Shown here: in pieces, positions 38,339 through 47,842 of the stretch | Position numbering within the stretch: position 1 is the stretch's first letter | Layout: each line of letters opens with the position of its first letter | Assembly (NCBI GenBank): GCA_963762075.1 | Contig: CAVXJC010000008.1 | Coordinates: 91,543 to 155,542 of the forward strand | From: an uncultured Actinomycetes bacterium | GTDB lineage: Bacteria > Actinomycetota > UBA4738 > HRBIN12 | Reading direction: 5' to 3' | Length of the DNA stretch: 64,000 bases | Translations under genes and position numbers: made by a program | The notes under the pieces: generated by a model | Told to the model about the DNA's origin: nothing | Database searches by the model: none | Seen by the model: only the letters and a program-made list of their open reading frames with translations

Positions 38339-38397
38339 TCGGGAACATGCCTGAGGGCCAGCCGATGCTCTCAGGGTTCTTCCCGGGAAGACCCCGA
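38339..38397. promoter_or_regulatory. Degenerate TCRGG..CCYGA inverted repeats, candidate response-regulator sites
   Basis: TCGGGAACATGCCTGA, TCAGGGTTCTTCCCGG and CCGGGAAGACCCCGA between the divergent pspC-domain genes. Confidence 0.4.
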
Positions 38398-38432
38398 TGC
38401 CAGGCTCTGCGGCCCGCGGGCAGACTCACTGA

Positions 38433-39629
38433 ATGTTGACGACGGGGCCGGGCGAACGCGCGCGGTGGTCGCGACGTCCCGATCACCGGTGGATCGCGGG
38501 GGTCGCGAGTGGCATCGCCGATCACGCCGCTGTTCCCGTCTGGGTGGTCCGGGTCGCGTTCGTCGTCGCGACTCCGCTCGCCGGTGTGGGGGCGATCGCC
38601 TACGGCTTCCTGTGGTGGCTCATGCCACGAAGCGACTTGGCGGAGAGCGCCGCGCGACGCACCGCTCGCCGCTATCCCCAAGCGCCCATCTGGCTCGGCG
38701 TCGGGCTCGTCGCGGTCGGGGCGCTGTTGTTCGCCGGACAGGCGGGATGGCTCAACCGATCGGTGGTCATCGCGCTCGGGTTAATCGCCGTCGGAGCGCT
38801 GCTCTTCATGCGGGAACCGGCCACCGGGGCGGAACCGGCACGGGGCGCCGACGAGACCGGTGCGCCGCTGGCGATGCCCGTGCCGCCCGTCGCCGATCGG
38901 GAGGCCGACCTTCCTCCGGCCTCATTGCCGGGATCATCACGGCGGGTCGATCGGAAGCGTCGCCCACGCGATCGCTCGTTCCTCGGACCGCTCACGCTGG
39001 GTATCGGGCTGGTCGTGATCGCCGTCGCCGCGCTCCTCGATCTCGCGGGGGCCTTCTCGTTCACGTTCCCGCAGGCCGCGGCGCTGCTGCTGCTGGTGCT
39101 CGGCGTGGGAATGACCATCGGAGGATTCGTGGGCAGGGCTCGTTGGCTCGTGTTGCCCGTGCTCTTGATCGCGCCGTTCGCCTTGGTGCTCACCGTGCTG
39201 CACATCGATCTCGACGACGGCATCGGCGATCGCACGGTCACGATCCGATCGCTCGACGAGCCGGTGGAACGCCGCCTCGGCGGAGGTGAGATGACCCTCG
39301 ATCTGCTCGACCTACGTCCGGGCGAATCGGGCAGTCTGCAGCTACACGTCGGGGTCGGCGTGCTGACGCTGAACATCCCCGACGACATCACCGTGGAGCT
39401 CACGGGCAGCGTCGGACTGGGGACCACGCAGACGCTCTTCTCGCGCATGTCGCCCTCCGACGTGCATCGATGCTGCCGGTACACGGAAGCGCGAGGTGGG
39501 TTCGCCCAGCCGATCAGATGGGCTTCCAGCCAGCGCGAGGGATCGACACCGGGCACGGTACGGATCCAGGCCACGGTGTCGATCGGGGCCGTACGCATCA
39601 ACCACGTCGACAGGAGCAGATCGCGATGA
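38433..39629 (+). CDS. PspC-domain membrane protein with LiaF-like C-terminus
   Basis: RWIAGVASGIA..VRVAF..YGFLWWLMP; multi-TM; GEMTLDL..GVGVLTL. Confidence 0.85.
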   Translation: MLTTGPGERARWSRRPDHRWIAGVASGIADHAAVPVWVVRVAFVVATPLAGVGAIAYGFLWWLMPRSDLAESAARRTARRYPQAPIWLGVGLVAVGALLFAGQAGWLNRSVVIALGLIAVGALLFMREPATGAEPARGADETGAPLAMPVPPVADREADLPPASLPGSSRRVDRKRRPRDRSFLGPLTLGIGLVVIAVAALLDLAGAFSFTFPQAAALLLLVLGVGMTIGGFVGRARWLVLPVLLIAPFALVLTVLHIDLDDGIGDRTVTIRSLDEPVERRLGGGEMTLDLLDLRPGESGSLQLHVGVGVLTLNIPDDITVELTGSVGLGTTQTLFSRMSPSDVHRCCRYTEARGGFAQPIRWASSQREGSTPGTVRIQATVSIGAVRINHVDRSRSR

Positions 39630-39904
39630 ACCCCCACCGATTCGATCCGTTCTCGTTCGTCGTGGGCCTCGCGACCGCCGTGTTCGCCATCATGCTCCTC
39701 TGGGGCGATCTCGACGTGCCCGACCTGCGCCCCTCGCGCTTGTGGCCGCTCCCGGTGTTCGCCCTCGGTCTGATGCTCACCCTCTATGGGGTTCGAAGGC
39801 TCGTCGAGTCAACCCGCGGTGCGCACACCATCGAGCCCGAGGCGCCAGACGACGCCGACGCGATCGAGGTCGGCTCCGACACCGAAGTCTTCGATCAGGA
39901 CTGA
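39626..39904 (+). CDS. Small membrane protein
   Basis: ATGA overlap; HRFDPFSFVVG; two TM helices. Confidence 0.75.
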   Translation: MNPHRFDPFSFVVGLATAVFAIMLLWGDLDVPDLRPSRLWPLPVFALGLMLTLYGVRRLVESTRGAHTIEPEAPDDADAIEVGSDTEVFDQD

Positions 39905-39977
39905 ACGCTCCGCCCGCATCACGAGACGACCGATGTTGCATGCTGTCCACGCGCGATCACGACAGAGAGGACAGGCC

Positions 39978-40370
39978 ATGCTCAACGACGATGACCGAGC
40001 GCTCCTGCAGGGCAAGAACTTCGCCAGCCTCGCGACCACGATGACGGATGGGTCACCTCAGGCGTCGATCGTGTGGATCGACGTCGACGACGACGCCATC
40101 GTGGTGAACACCGCCGAGGGGCGCACGAAGACCGAGAACATGCGGCGCGACCCGCGAGTCGCGATCTGCCTGTTCGACAGCGACGATCCGTACCTTCAGC
40201 TCATGGTGCGTGGACACGTCACCGACTTCGTGCACGAGGGGGCCGACGCGCACATCGATTTCCTGGCGAAGAAGTACACAGGGGCCGATGTCTACGGTGA
40301 CCATCGAGCCGATCAGCAGCGTGTGATCGTGCGGATCGCTGTCGACGGCGTCGTCCGCATGGGCTACTAG
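39978..40370 (+). CDS. PPOX-class putative F420-dependent oxidoreductase
   Basis: LAT..DGSPQASIVW, NTAEGRTK..NMRRDPRV, LAKKY. Confidence 0.9.
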   Translation: MLNDDDRALLQGKNFASLATTMTDGSPQASIVWIDVDDDAIVVNTAEGRTKTENMRRDPRVAICLFDSDDPYLQLMVRGHVTDFVHEGADAHIDFLAKKYTGADVYGDHRADQQRVIVRIAVDGVVRMGY

Positions 40371-40381
40371 TCCGGCTCAGA

Positions 40382-41545
40382 CTACTGCAACGCGCGGAGT
40401 CGCTCGCCCGCCCGCTCGAGGGTCTCGATCTTCTTGCAGAACGCGAACCGCAACAGGTGCGCACCGTCGGCCGGATCCTCGACGAACGAGGAGCCCGGCA
40501 CCGCTGCTACACCGATCCTCTCCACGAGATGGCGCGCAGTTGCGACATCGTCGCCGAGCTCGAGATGCGAACAGTCGGCCATGACGTAATAGGCACCGGC
40601 GGGCGGCGACGCGACCTCGAACCCGCACTCGGCGAGCACCTGCAACATCACGTCACGGCGCTCGGCGTAGTCGGCACGCATCTCCTCGTGATAGGTCGCG
40701 GGGAGATCGAGCGCGGTGATGCCGGCGACCTGCAGCGGCGCCGCAGCCGCCACCGTGAGGAAGTCGTGCACCGGCCTGATGCCGGCCATGAGCGCGGGCG
40801 CCGCGATCGCCCACCCCACCCGCCAACCTGTCACGGAATACGTCTTCGAGAGGGCGCTGATCGTGATCGTGCGGTCCCCCATGCCGGGAAGCGTGGCGAT
40901 GGGCACGTGCATCGCCCCGTCGTACGTGATGTGCTCGTAGATCTCATCGGTGATCGCGATGACGTCGTGCTCGAGGCAGAGATCGGCGATGGTGGCGAGC
41001 TCGTCGCGTGAGAATACTTTGCCGGTCGGATTGTTCGGCGAGTTGATCACGATCGCCCGGGTTCGCGGCCCGAACGCCGCGCGAAGCTCGTCGTCGTCGA
41101 ACGTCCAGTCGGGCGGTCTGAGCGAGACGAGCCGGGGCGCGGCGCCGGTGAGGATCGCGTCGGGTCCGTAGTTCTCGTAGAACGGCTCGAAGATCACCAC
41201 CTCGTCGCCGGGATCGAGCACGCCGAGCATCGACGCGATCATCGCCTCGGTCGATCCGCACGTGACGCAGATCTCCTTCTCGGGGTCGATCGCCATGCCG
41301 TAGTCGCGCGCGTACGCGGCCGCGATCGCATCGCGGAACGCCGGAACGCCCCACGTGATCGGGTACTGGTTGTGATCGTCGGCGATCGCCCGTGCCGCAG
41401 CGTGCTTCAAGGCTTCTGGCGCCGCGAAGTCGGGGAACCCCTGCCCAAGGTTGATCGCGCCGTGCTGGTTCGCGAGCCGCGTCATGTCACGGATCACCGA
41501 CTCCGTGAACGACGTCGCCTTCACCGACGGTCGAGCTCCCGACAT
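40382..41545 (-). CDS. PLP aminotransferase class I/II (YbdL/kynurenine aminotransferase-like)
   Basis: NLGQGFPDF, NSPNNPTG, TDEIYE, SKTYSVTGWRVG, RFAFCK. Confidence 0.92.
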   Translation of the reverse strand: MSGARPSVKATSFTESVIRDMTRLANQHGAINLGQGFPDFAAPEALKHAAARAIADDHNQYPITWGVPAFRDAIAAAYARDYGMAIDPEKEICVTCGSTEAMIASMLGVLDPGDEVVIFEPFYENYGPDAILTGAAPRLVSLRPPDWTFDDDELRAAFGPRTRAIVINSPNNPTGKVFSRDELATIADLCLEHDVIAITDEIYEHITYDGAMHVPIATLPGMGDRTITISALSKTYSVTGWRVGWAIAAPALMAGIRPVHDFLTVAAAAPLQVAGITALDLPATYHEEMRADYAERRDVMLQVLAECGFEVASPPAGAYYVMADCSHLELGDDVATARHLVERIGVAAVPGSSFVEDPADGAHLLRFAFCKKIETLERAGERLRALQ

Positions 41546-41600
41546 GGCCGGGCGATGATAGTCCTCGCCCTGTGGAGCGAGCGTGCAGGAGGATGGATCC

Positions 41601-42131
41601 GTGCGTCGACGCAACGCAGTCTTGCCCTCGCTCCTGCTGGCCTCGCTCTCGGTCGTCGTTCTCGCACATCCAGCGGCGGCCGCGCTGTGTGCCACATGGG
41701 ACCCACCAGCGCCAGGGGTTGTGGGAGCCCCCGCGTCCGTCTCGTTCCGCACGTCCGTTCCTGTTGCGACGACCGGCGACGACTACGTCCTCGAGCCGCA
41801 CGCCTTCCGCGACTACCCGTTCCGGGTGCGAGCCCTCTCACCGGATGGGGCTGCGTCGAATGTGAGCATGTCCCCCGATTCCGTCGACGATCGGGTGTGG
41901 AGGGGCAGCCTCACACCCGATGTGCAAGGTCGTTGGACGCTGATCATCACCAACATGCAAGGGTCCGACACCGCGTGCTACACGCACGCCGTCCTCGTCG
42001 TGCACGGGGAGGCAGGCGATCGAACTCCCACGTACATCACTGTCGGAGTCGTCATGGTCCTCGGGGGCATCGCCGGCTTCACGTTGTTTTCGGAGGCGCG
42101 CGTCGGCGACGCGTCGTGTGAGTCGGACTGA
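41601..42131 (+). CDS. Hypothetical exported, C-terminally anchored protein
   Basis: Signal peptide ending PAAAA, two Cys, C-terminal TM helix. Confidence 0.6.
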   Translation: MRRRNAVLPSLLLASLSVVVLAHPAAAALCATWDPPAPGVVGAPASVSFRTSVPVATTGDDYVLEPHAFRDYPFRVRALSPDGAASNVSMSPDSVDDRVWRGSLTPDVQGRWTLIITNMQGSDTACYTHAVLVVHGEAGDRTPTYITVGVVMVLGGIAGFTLFSEARVGDASCESD

Positions 42132-42251
42132 CTGAAAACGACTCAGCGCACAGATGCAACCCGTGTTGCGTTACCCCTCCGCGAACTGCGGCCCGAGAGG
42201 GGTGTCGAGCGTGTTCGTGACGACACGCGGGGTCCGCATGACCCGAGATCT

Positions 42252-43352
42252 CTATCCGGCGAGTTGCTCGGCGAGGTCGACGACACGCGCGTATGGACCA
42301 ACACCGCCGCCTCCGAACACGAGCGTGGTCACGAGGCGGAAGATCACGGCCCTGACGAACAACTGCGGGAACTCATCGAGATGCTCGGTCGCCGTGAGGA
42401 GGGGTGCTGGTTCCGCGTTCGCCCAACAGATCGCGTCGGCGACGACGACCGCGCTCGCGAAGCCGGCAGGTCGCCAATACACGGCGAGATCGATCACCGC
42501 CGGCGACAGCTCGTCGTGGAACAGCACGTTCTCGGTGAGGTCTCCGTGGATCGCCTGCGACGGTAGTTCGACCGGGCGCCTGATCGTCGAGAGCCGCTCG
42601 AGGAACCCATGCGCCACGGGTGATTCGCCCTCACCCCACGCCACACGATCGCCGATCGCCCATGGATGCGTGCGTGCTCGGAGGAACGGTGGTTGCGGGA
42701 GGTGTCGCATCGCTGCATGGAGCCGCTCACACACGGCGAGCGTCTCTTGCCAGCGAGGTGCGGTCGGATGATCTCCCGCGAGCCACGTCTGTGCGCACAG
42801 CCCGTCGACGACCCATCGCCCGTCGGGAGCCGGTACCGGCAACGCGAGTCGGAAGCCGTCTTCGCGGACCGTGAGAAGGTGTGCGCCGAGCCACGACCAC
42901 TCTTCCTCACTGGGGGCCTGCCTGAAGACGAGGTCGCCGACCCGCCACGCCGGCCCTTCGCCACCTGATAGCCGGACCGGGTCACCGGTCGCCGCGAACG
43001 AAGCGAACACCTCGCGACGACGCCGATCAGCTTCTGCGGCGGCGACACGCTGCCGAGATCGCTCCACGGCCGCCTCCCACTGGAGACCGACCATCCAGCC
43101 GAGCTCGACGCCCACGATCGCCGGAAGGATCCAGATCGGATCGATGAGCAGCCATGCCGGGATGGCGGCGAGCGCCCAGCTCGCGAGCCGGACTTGCCAT
43201 GCGACGTGCGACCGACCATACGCTCTGCGACGCAGAGCGCCCGCGACCTTCGCCGCGTGAGTGAGAGCCGGAAACCGGACCGGCCGGAGATACGAGAACG
43301 GCTCTCCCGCCTCGTCGTAGCCGTCCGGGGGTCGGCGCCTGCTGGCCCTCAT
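42252..43352 (-). CDS. APH-like phosphotransferase (TIGR02569-like) with N-terminal membrane segment
   Basis: LSGGEG, DGFRLALPV, PWAIGDRVAWGE, IHGDLTENVL, VID..YWRP; ATGA overlap with kynA. Confidence 0.78.
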   Translation of the reverse strand: MRASRRRPPDGYDEAGEPFSYLRPVRFPALTHAAKVAGALRRRAYGRSHVAWQVRLASWALAAIPAWLLIDPIWILPAIVGVELGWMVGLQWEAAVERSRQRVAAAEADRRRREVFASFAATGDPVRLSGGEGPAWRVGDLVFRQAPSEEEWSWLGAHLLTVREDGFRLALPVPAPDGRWVVDGLCAQTWLAGDHPTAPRWQETLAVCERLHAAMRHLPQPPFLRARTHPWAIGDRVAWGEGESPVAHGFLERLSTIRRPVELPSQAIHGDLTENVLFHDELSPAVIDLAVYWRPAGFASAVVVADAICWANAEPAPLLTATEHLDEFPQLFVRAVIFRLVTTLVFGGGGVGPYARVVDLAEQLAG

Positions 43353-44158
43353 AGGCGGCTGCGCAGCCCCCAGAGCTCGGGGAAGCAGCGCTTGTCGAGG
43401 GTCGAGCGGAGGTAGCCGACGCCGCTCGAGCCGCCCGTGCCGCGCTTCGCGCCGATCTCGCGCTCCACCATGAGCACGTGAAGGAACCGCCACTGCGCGA
43501 GGGTCTCGTCGTGATCCATGAGCCCTTCGCTCACGGCGAACACCTCGCCACGCTCCCTCGCCATCGCCACGAGCGACGCGGCGCGAGCCTCGGCGTCGTC
43601 GTCGGGCATCGGGAAGCCGTGCGTCTGCATCATCGCGACGAACCCGTCCCACATGGTCGTCTCACGCAGCCTCCGCTCGAGCCGATCGCGCTCAGCGGAA
43701 TCGGTCGCGAGGTCGTCGAGGAACCGCTCGTCCTTCAGCCCGCTCAAGAATTCCATCTCGCGGAACTGCGCCGACTGGAAACCGCTCGCGGGCGTGAGCA
43801 CGGCCCTGAACTCGAGGAAGTCCTGCGGCGCCATGGTCTGGAGCACCTGGATGTGCTCGATCAGCACCCGCTCGATCGACCGCACCCTGGCGAGGAGATG
43901 TCGCGCCCGCCCGGTGCGATCGGCGACCATCGCGTCGCGCGCAGCTTCCAGCTCGAACAGCAGCTGTTTGAACCAGAGCTCGTATGCCTGGTGCACCACG
44001 ATGAAGAGCAGCTCGTCGTGCACGGCAGGGTCGGATCGAAGCTCCTGCAACGACAAGAGCTCGGGGATCTTGAGGTAGGAGCCGTACGTGAGCAGACCCT
44101 CGTCTGTCTCGTCGGTGAGTCGTCCGAACCGTCGTTCCTGTCGCTCGCCATCGGTCAT
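43349..44158 (-). CDS. kynA: Tryptophan 2,3-dioxygenase
   Basis: YGSYL..LLSLQ, HDELLFIVVHQAYELWFK, ASGFQSAQFR, GTGGSSG. Confidence 0.96.
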   Translation of the reverse strand: MTDGERQERRFGRLTDETDEGLLTYGSYLKIPELLSLQELRSDPAVHDELLFIVVHQAYELWFKQLLFELEAARDAMVADRTGRARHLLARVRSIERVLIEHIQVLQTMAPQDFLEFRAVLTPASGFQSAQFREMEFLSGLKDERFLDDLATDSAERDRLERRLRETTMWDGFVAMMQTHGFPMPDDDAEARAASLVAMARERGEVFAVSEGLMDHDETLAQWRFLHVLMVEREIGAKRGTGGSSGVGYLRSTLDKRCFPELWGLRSRL

Positions 44159-44233
44159 GCGAGCACGGTAGGAAGGCACGGCATCGGGGTCAAACCCTTC
44201 CGACGTTCGAGCTCGGCGTGTGAACATGTCGGC

Positions 44234-45565
44234 ATGACCGGTGATGCAGCGACCCCCACCCCGAGCCACACGCTCGGTACCGAGCTGCCCGACGGGGTGC
44301 GATTCGTCGGGCGCGAGGGCGTCGTGACGCCGAACTGGCTGGGCGACGATCACCCCGTCGACGCGGACCTCGACGCATGCGTGGCCTGCGGCCTGTGCTT
44401 GCCGCACTGCCCGACGTACAGGCTCACCGGCGAGGAATCGGCATCGCCCCGCGGTCGTATCGCCGCGATGCGCGCGGTCGCCGACGGCATCGCCGATGTC
44501 GACGACACGTTCGCCACGTTCATGGACCTCTGCCTCGTCTGCCGGGCGTGCGAGGACGTCTGCCCGTCGCACGTGCCGTTCGGGCGAATGATGGAACACG
44601 CGCGCACCGAGGTGGAACCGAACCGCGGGGCGGGGACGAACCTGCTTCGCTGGCTCGGTCTCGACGTCGTGCTCCCTCACCCGGGGCTGATCAGGGTGGC
44701 GGCCGCGCTGCAACCGGTGGTCAGGCCGTTCATGCCGCGGCGGATCCGGGCGACAGTACCGAAGAGCGCGTCAGCGTTCGCGCGGCTTCCGCGCGTCACA
44801 GAACCGGGGGCCGTCGGCACGGTTCGGGGCACGGTCGCGCTGCTCTCCGGATGCGTGCAGGACCGCTGGTTCCACCAGGTGAATGTCGCGACGATCCGGG
44901 TGCTCGCACGAAGCGGCTGGCGCGTCACGGTGCCTCGCGACCAGCGGTGTTGCGGAGCGTTGCAGGCGCACAACGGACGGCTCGAGACCGCTAGACGGCT
45001 CGCACGTCGGAACGCTCGAGCCTTCGCCGGCGCCGACCACGTCGTGGCCAACGCGGCGGGGTGCAGCGCGCACATGCGTTCCTACCCCGAGCTCGACACG
45101 GATGCGTCGTTGCCGGTACGTGACGTGATGGCGTTCCTCTACGACGAAGGGGTTGGCGACGTGCCGCTGGGCGCGATCGACATCGAGCATGTCGCCTACC
45201 ACGACGCCTGTCACGCCCTTCGCGCGCAGGGCATCCACACGCAGCCGCGGGCTCTGCTGGGCGCGATCCCGGGGTTGCAGGTCGTCGAGATCGCAAACGG
45301 CGACCGGTGCTGCGGGGCCGCCGGTCTCTACAACGTGACCGAGCCGGAGCTCGCCGGGCGACTGCAACGCGAGAAGGCCGAGGCGGTGCGCGCGACGGGC
45401 GCATCGGTGATCGCGAGCGCCAACCCCGGTTGCACCATGCAGCTTCGCGCGGGCCTCGCCGAACTCGGAACCCAGGTGCGCGTCGTGCACCCGATCGAGT
45501 TGCTCGAGGCGGCGATGACATCGGGGGCGGCCGACGCGTTCGCCCATGGGAGGACGGACGAGTGA
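44234..45565 (+). CDS. glcF: GlcF-like Fe-S subunit (two 4Fe-4S motifs and two CCG domains)
   Basis: CVACGLCLPHCPTY, SPRGR, CLVCRACEDVCP, CCG twice, HDACH, ANPGC. Confidence 0.88.
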   Translation: MTGDAATPTPSHTLGTELPDGVRFVGREGVVTPNWLGDDHPVDADLDACVACGLCLPHCPTYRLTGEESASPRGRIAAMRAVADGIADVDDTFATFMDLCLVCRACEDVCPSHVPFGRMMEHARTEVEPNRGAGTNLLRWLGLDVVLPHPGLIRVAAALQPVVRPFMPRRIRATVPKSASAFARLPRVTEPGAVGTVRGTVALLSGCVQDRWFHQVNVATIRVLARSGWRVTVPRDQRCCGALQAHNGRLETARRLARRNARAFAGADHVVANAAGCSAHMRSYPELDTDASLPVRDVMAFLYDEGVGDVPLGAIDIEHVAYHDACHALRAQGIHTQPRALLGAIPGLQVVEIANGDRCCGAAGLYNVTEPELAGRLQREKAEAVRATGASVIASANPGCTMQLRAGLAELGTQVRVVHPIELLEAAMTSGAADAFAHGRTDE

Positions 45566-46107
45566 GCTACATCGGTCTCGGACGTCGCTTCATCGCGTGG
45601 CTCATCGACGTACTGATCACCGGGCTCGCCTGGGTGCCGTTCGCCGATATCGATTCGGGCAACGGCGTCTACTCGATCTCGTGGCGGGGCATGGACTTCG
45701 CCGTGCCGGTGCTGATCACCTTCGTCTACTTCGTGCTGCTCGAAGGAGTCGCCGGTGCCACGATCGGAAAGTTCGTGCTCGGCATCCGAGTGCGGGGGGC
45801 CGACGGCTCGCGGATCGGCGTGGGCGCCGCGGCGGTCCGCAACCTGGCTCGCGCGGTCGACGCGTTCCCGTACGTGATCCCGTACCTGGTCGGGGCGATC
45901 GCCGTGCGCAGCTCGGACACGAAGCAACGGCTCGGAGACCGCTGGGCAAAGACCGTGGTGATCCTCGTGGGCACCGACGCGAACGCTTCCGGCGAGGTGA
46001 GCGAGCCGTTGGCGACGGCCGCGCTCGACGAGTCCGGGCTTCCCTCGCCGCCGCCAGGTGAGCCTCCGGCCGATGAAGCCGGGCTTCTTCCCCCGCCACC
46101 TCCGTGA
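45562..46107 (+). CDS. RDD family protein
   Basis: RRFIAWLID, GATIGK..GIRV, QRLGD. Confidence 0.9.
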   Translation: MSYIGLGRRFIAWLIDVLITGLAWVPFADIDSGNGVYSISWRGMDFAVPVLITFVYFVLLEGVAGATIGKFVLGIRVRGADGSRIGVGAAAVRNLARAVDAFPYVIPYLVGAIAVRSSDTKQRLGDRWAKTVVILVGTDANASGEVSEPLATAALDESGLPSPPPGEPPADEAGLLPPPPP

Positions 46108-46126
46108 ATCGTCGCTCTCGCGAACG

Positions 46127-46633
46127 CTACCAGCGCGGATCGCGCGACCCGAGCGCCGCACGGCCGGTGCATTCGGTCCCCGACCCGTACAGCGGATCCT
46201 CACGTCCCACGACGAGCTTCAAGTAGAAGCACGCATCGGGGCGCACGCTCACAGCCGCAGCCCAGGTGGTGGCATCGGCGTAGACGCTGACCTCGCCGAG
46301 GCCGGCCGATGGGTCGTCGGCTCCGACCACCGAGAGCGCGCCGTCGTCGAGACCCGCCTCGTCGAGCATCGCCGCGCCCGCCTCCTCGAAGCTTCCGGCG
46401 CGGGAAACCACCGATCGAGCCGCCTGTTCGGCAACCCGCAGATCGTGCTGCGCGCGACCGATGGTGTCCGCCACTCCTCGATTGGCGAAGATCTCCACGA
46501 CGAGGATGGCGCTCGCCGCCACGATCGTGGCGAGCACGATCCAGAACCCGCGACCGGCGCGCCGCGGCCCCGCACCGGGCTCGGGACCGAGCTCCCGGTC
46601 GTAGGACTCGATGATCTCGTCGTCGTCACGCAT
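46127..46633 (-). CDS. Hypothetical single-TM protein
   Basis: One TM helix and a C-terminal Cys pair; follows coxE. Confidence 0.6.
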   Translation of the reverse strand: MRDDDEIIESYDRELGPEPGAGPRRAGRGFWIVLATIVAASAILVVEIFANRGVADTIGRAQHDLRVAEQAARSVVSRAGSFEEAGAAMLDEAGLDDGALSVVGADDPSAGLGEVSVYADATTWAAAVSVRPDACFYLKLVVGREDPLYGSGTECTGRAALGSRDPRW

Positions 46634-46648
46634 CGTCGGGCCGCAAGC

Positions 46649-47842
46649 CTATCCCCCGAGCGTGGCTGCGAGGTGCTCCAGGCTCTCCAGGTTGTGACCC
46701 GAGAGGAACACGTCGACGCTCGGCAGCGCCGCCGCCATGCCGCGGGCGAGCGGCTCGTACCTCGGGGAGCCCTTCAACGGGTTCACCCAGATCACCTGGT
46801 GGGCGAGACGGCGAAGGCGAGCCATCTGCGTGCTGAGCAGGACAGGGTCGCCGCGCTCGAGCCCGTCGGAACAGAACACGACGACCGCCCCACGCAGCGC
46901 GGCTCGCTGGCTCCAGCCGTCGAGCAACGTCTTCAGCGACTCACCGATGCGGGTGCCGCCCTCCCAGTCCTCGACCTGGTGCCCGATCTCGCGGAGCGCG
47001 CGATCGGGGTCCTTGGTGCGCAGCGTGCGCGTCACGCGCGTGAGTCTCGTGCCGAACACGAACGTCTCGACCCTGCGTCCGGCGGCCATCGCGGCGTACG
47101 CGAACTGCATCAGCGCGCGTGAGTACGGCGCCATCGAGCCGCTGATGTCGAGGATGAGCACCAGCGGACGGCGCCGTGCCGAGCGTGCGCGCCACGCCCG
47201 ATCGAACGGCTCACCCTGCGTGCGCAGCGATCGACGCAGCGTGCGTCGCAGATCGAACCGATCCCCTTTGGAAGCCGGCCGAGCCCGCCGGGTGCGTTCT
47301 ACCGGCACACGGAGGCGCAGCGACCTGATCAGCGCCGCGACATGCCCGCGTTCCTCGTCGGTGAGCTCGCCGAAGGACTTCGATCGAAGCACCTCGGCAC
47401 CGCTCGCCACGATGCGGATCGACGACTCTTCGTCGGGATCGACCTCGTCGTCATCACCGGCCCCGCGCCATCCCGCGGCGGTCTGACCCACACGCACCTC
47501 GAGGTCGTCGGGCTGCTCTCCCCATACCTCGTGCGGCTCAGGCTCGGCGGAGGGAAGGTTGAGCTCGACCCGCAGGTCGTCGGTCGAGCGAAGCGATCGG
47601 TACCACTCGTCGAACGCTTCGTCGTAGGGCTCGAGATCGTCGCGTCGCGCGATCATGCTCGTCCTTCCGGCCCAGTAGAGCGTCTCGCGATCGGCGAGGC
47701 CGAGCGCGCTCACCGCCCGCGCGAAGGTCAAGATGCGCCCCGTTCCGACCGGCAGTCCTCGCGCTCGCAGATCGCGGCCGAACGCGATGAGTGGAGGAAG
47801 CGGCCCGCCGGGCGGACGCGAGCGATCGGAACGCTCAACCAT
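46649..47842 (-). CDS. coxE: CoxE-like VWA protein
   Basis: DISGSM MIDAS, FGTRLT, WEGGTRIG, SDGLERG, WVNP. Confidence 0.9.
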   Translation of the reverse strand: MVERSDRSRPPGGPLPPLIAFGRDLRARGLPVGTGRILTFARAVSALGLADRETLYWAGRTSMIARRDDLEPYDEAFDEWYRSLRSTDDLRVELNLPSAEPEPHEVWGEQPDDLEVRVGQTAAGWRGAGDDDEVDPDEESSIRIVASGAEVLRSKSFGELTDEERGHVAALIRSLRLRVPVERTRRARPASKGDRFDLRRTLRRSLRTQGEPFDRAWRARSARRRPLVLILDISGSMAPYSRALMQFAYAAMAAGRRVETFVFGTRLTRVTRTLRTKDPDRALREIGHQVEDWEGGTRIGESLKTLLDGWSQRAALRGAVVVFCSDGLERGDPVLLSTQMARLRRLAHQVIWVNPLKGSPRYEPLARGMAAALPSVDVFLSGHNLESLEHLAATLGG

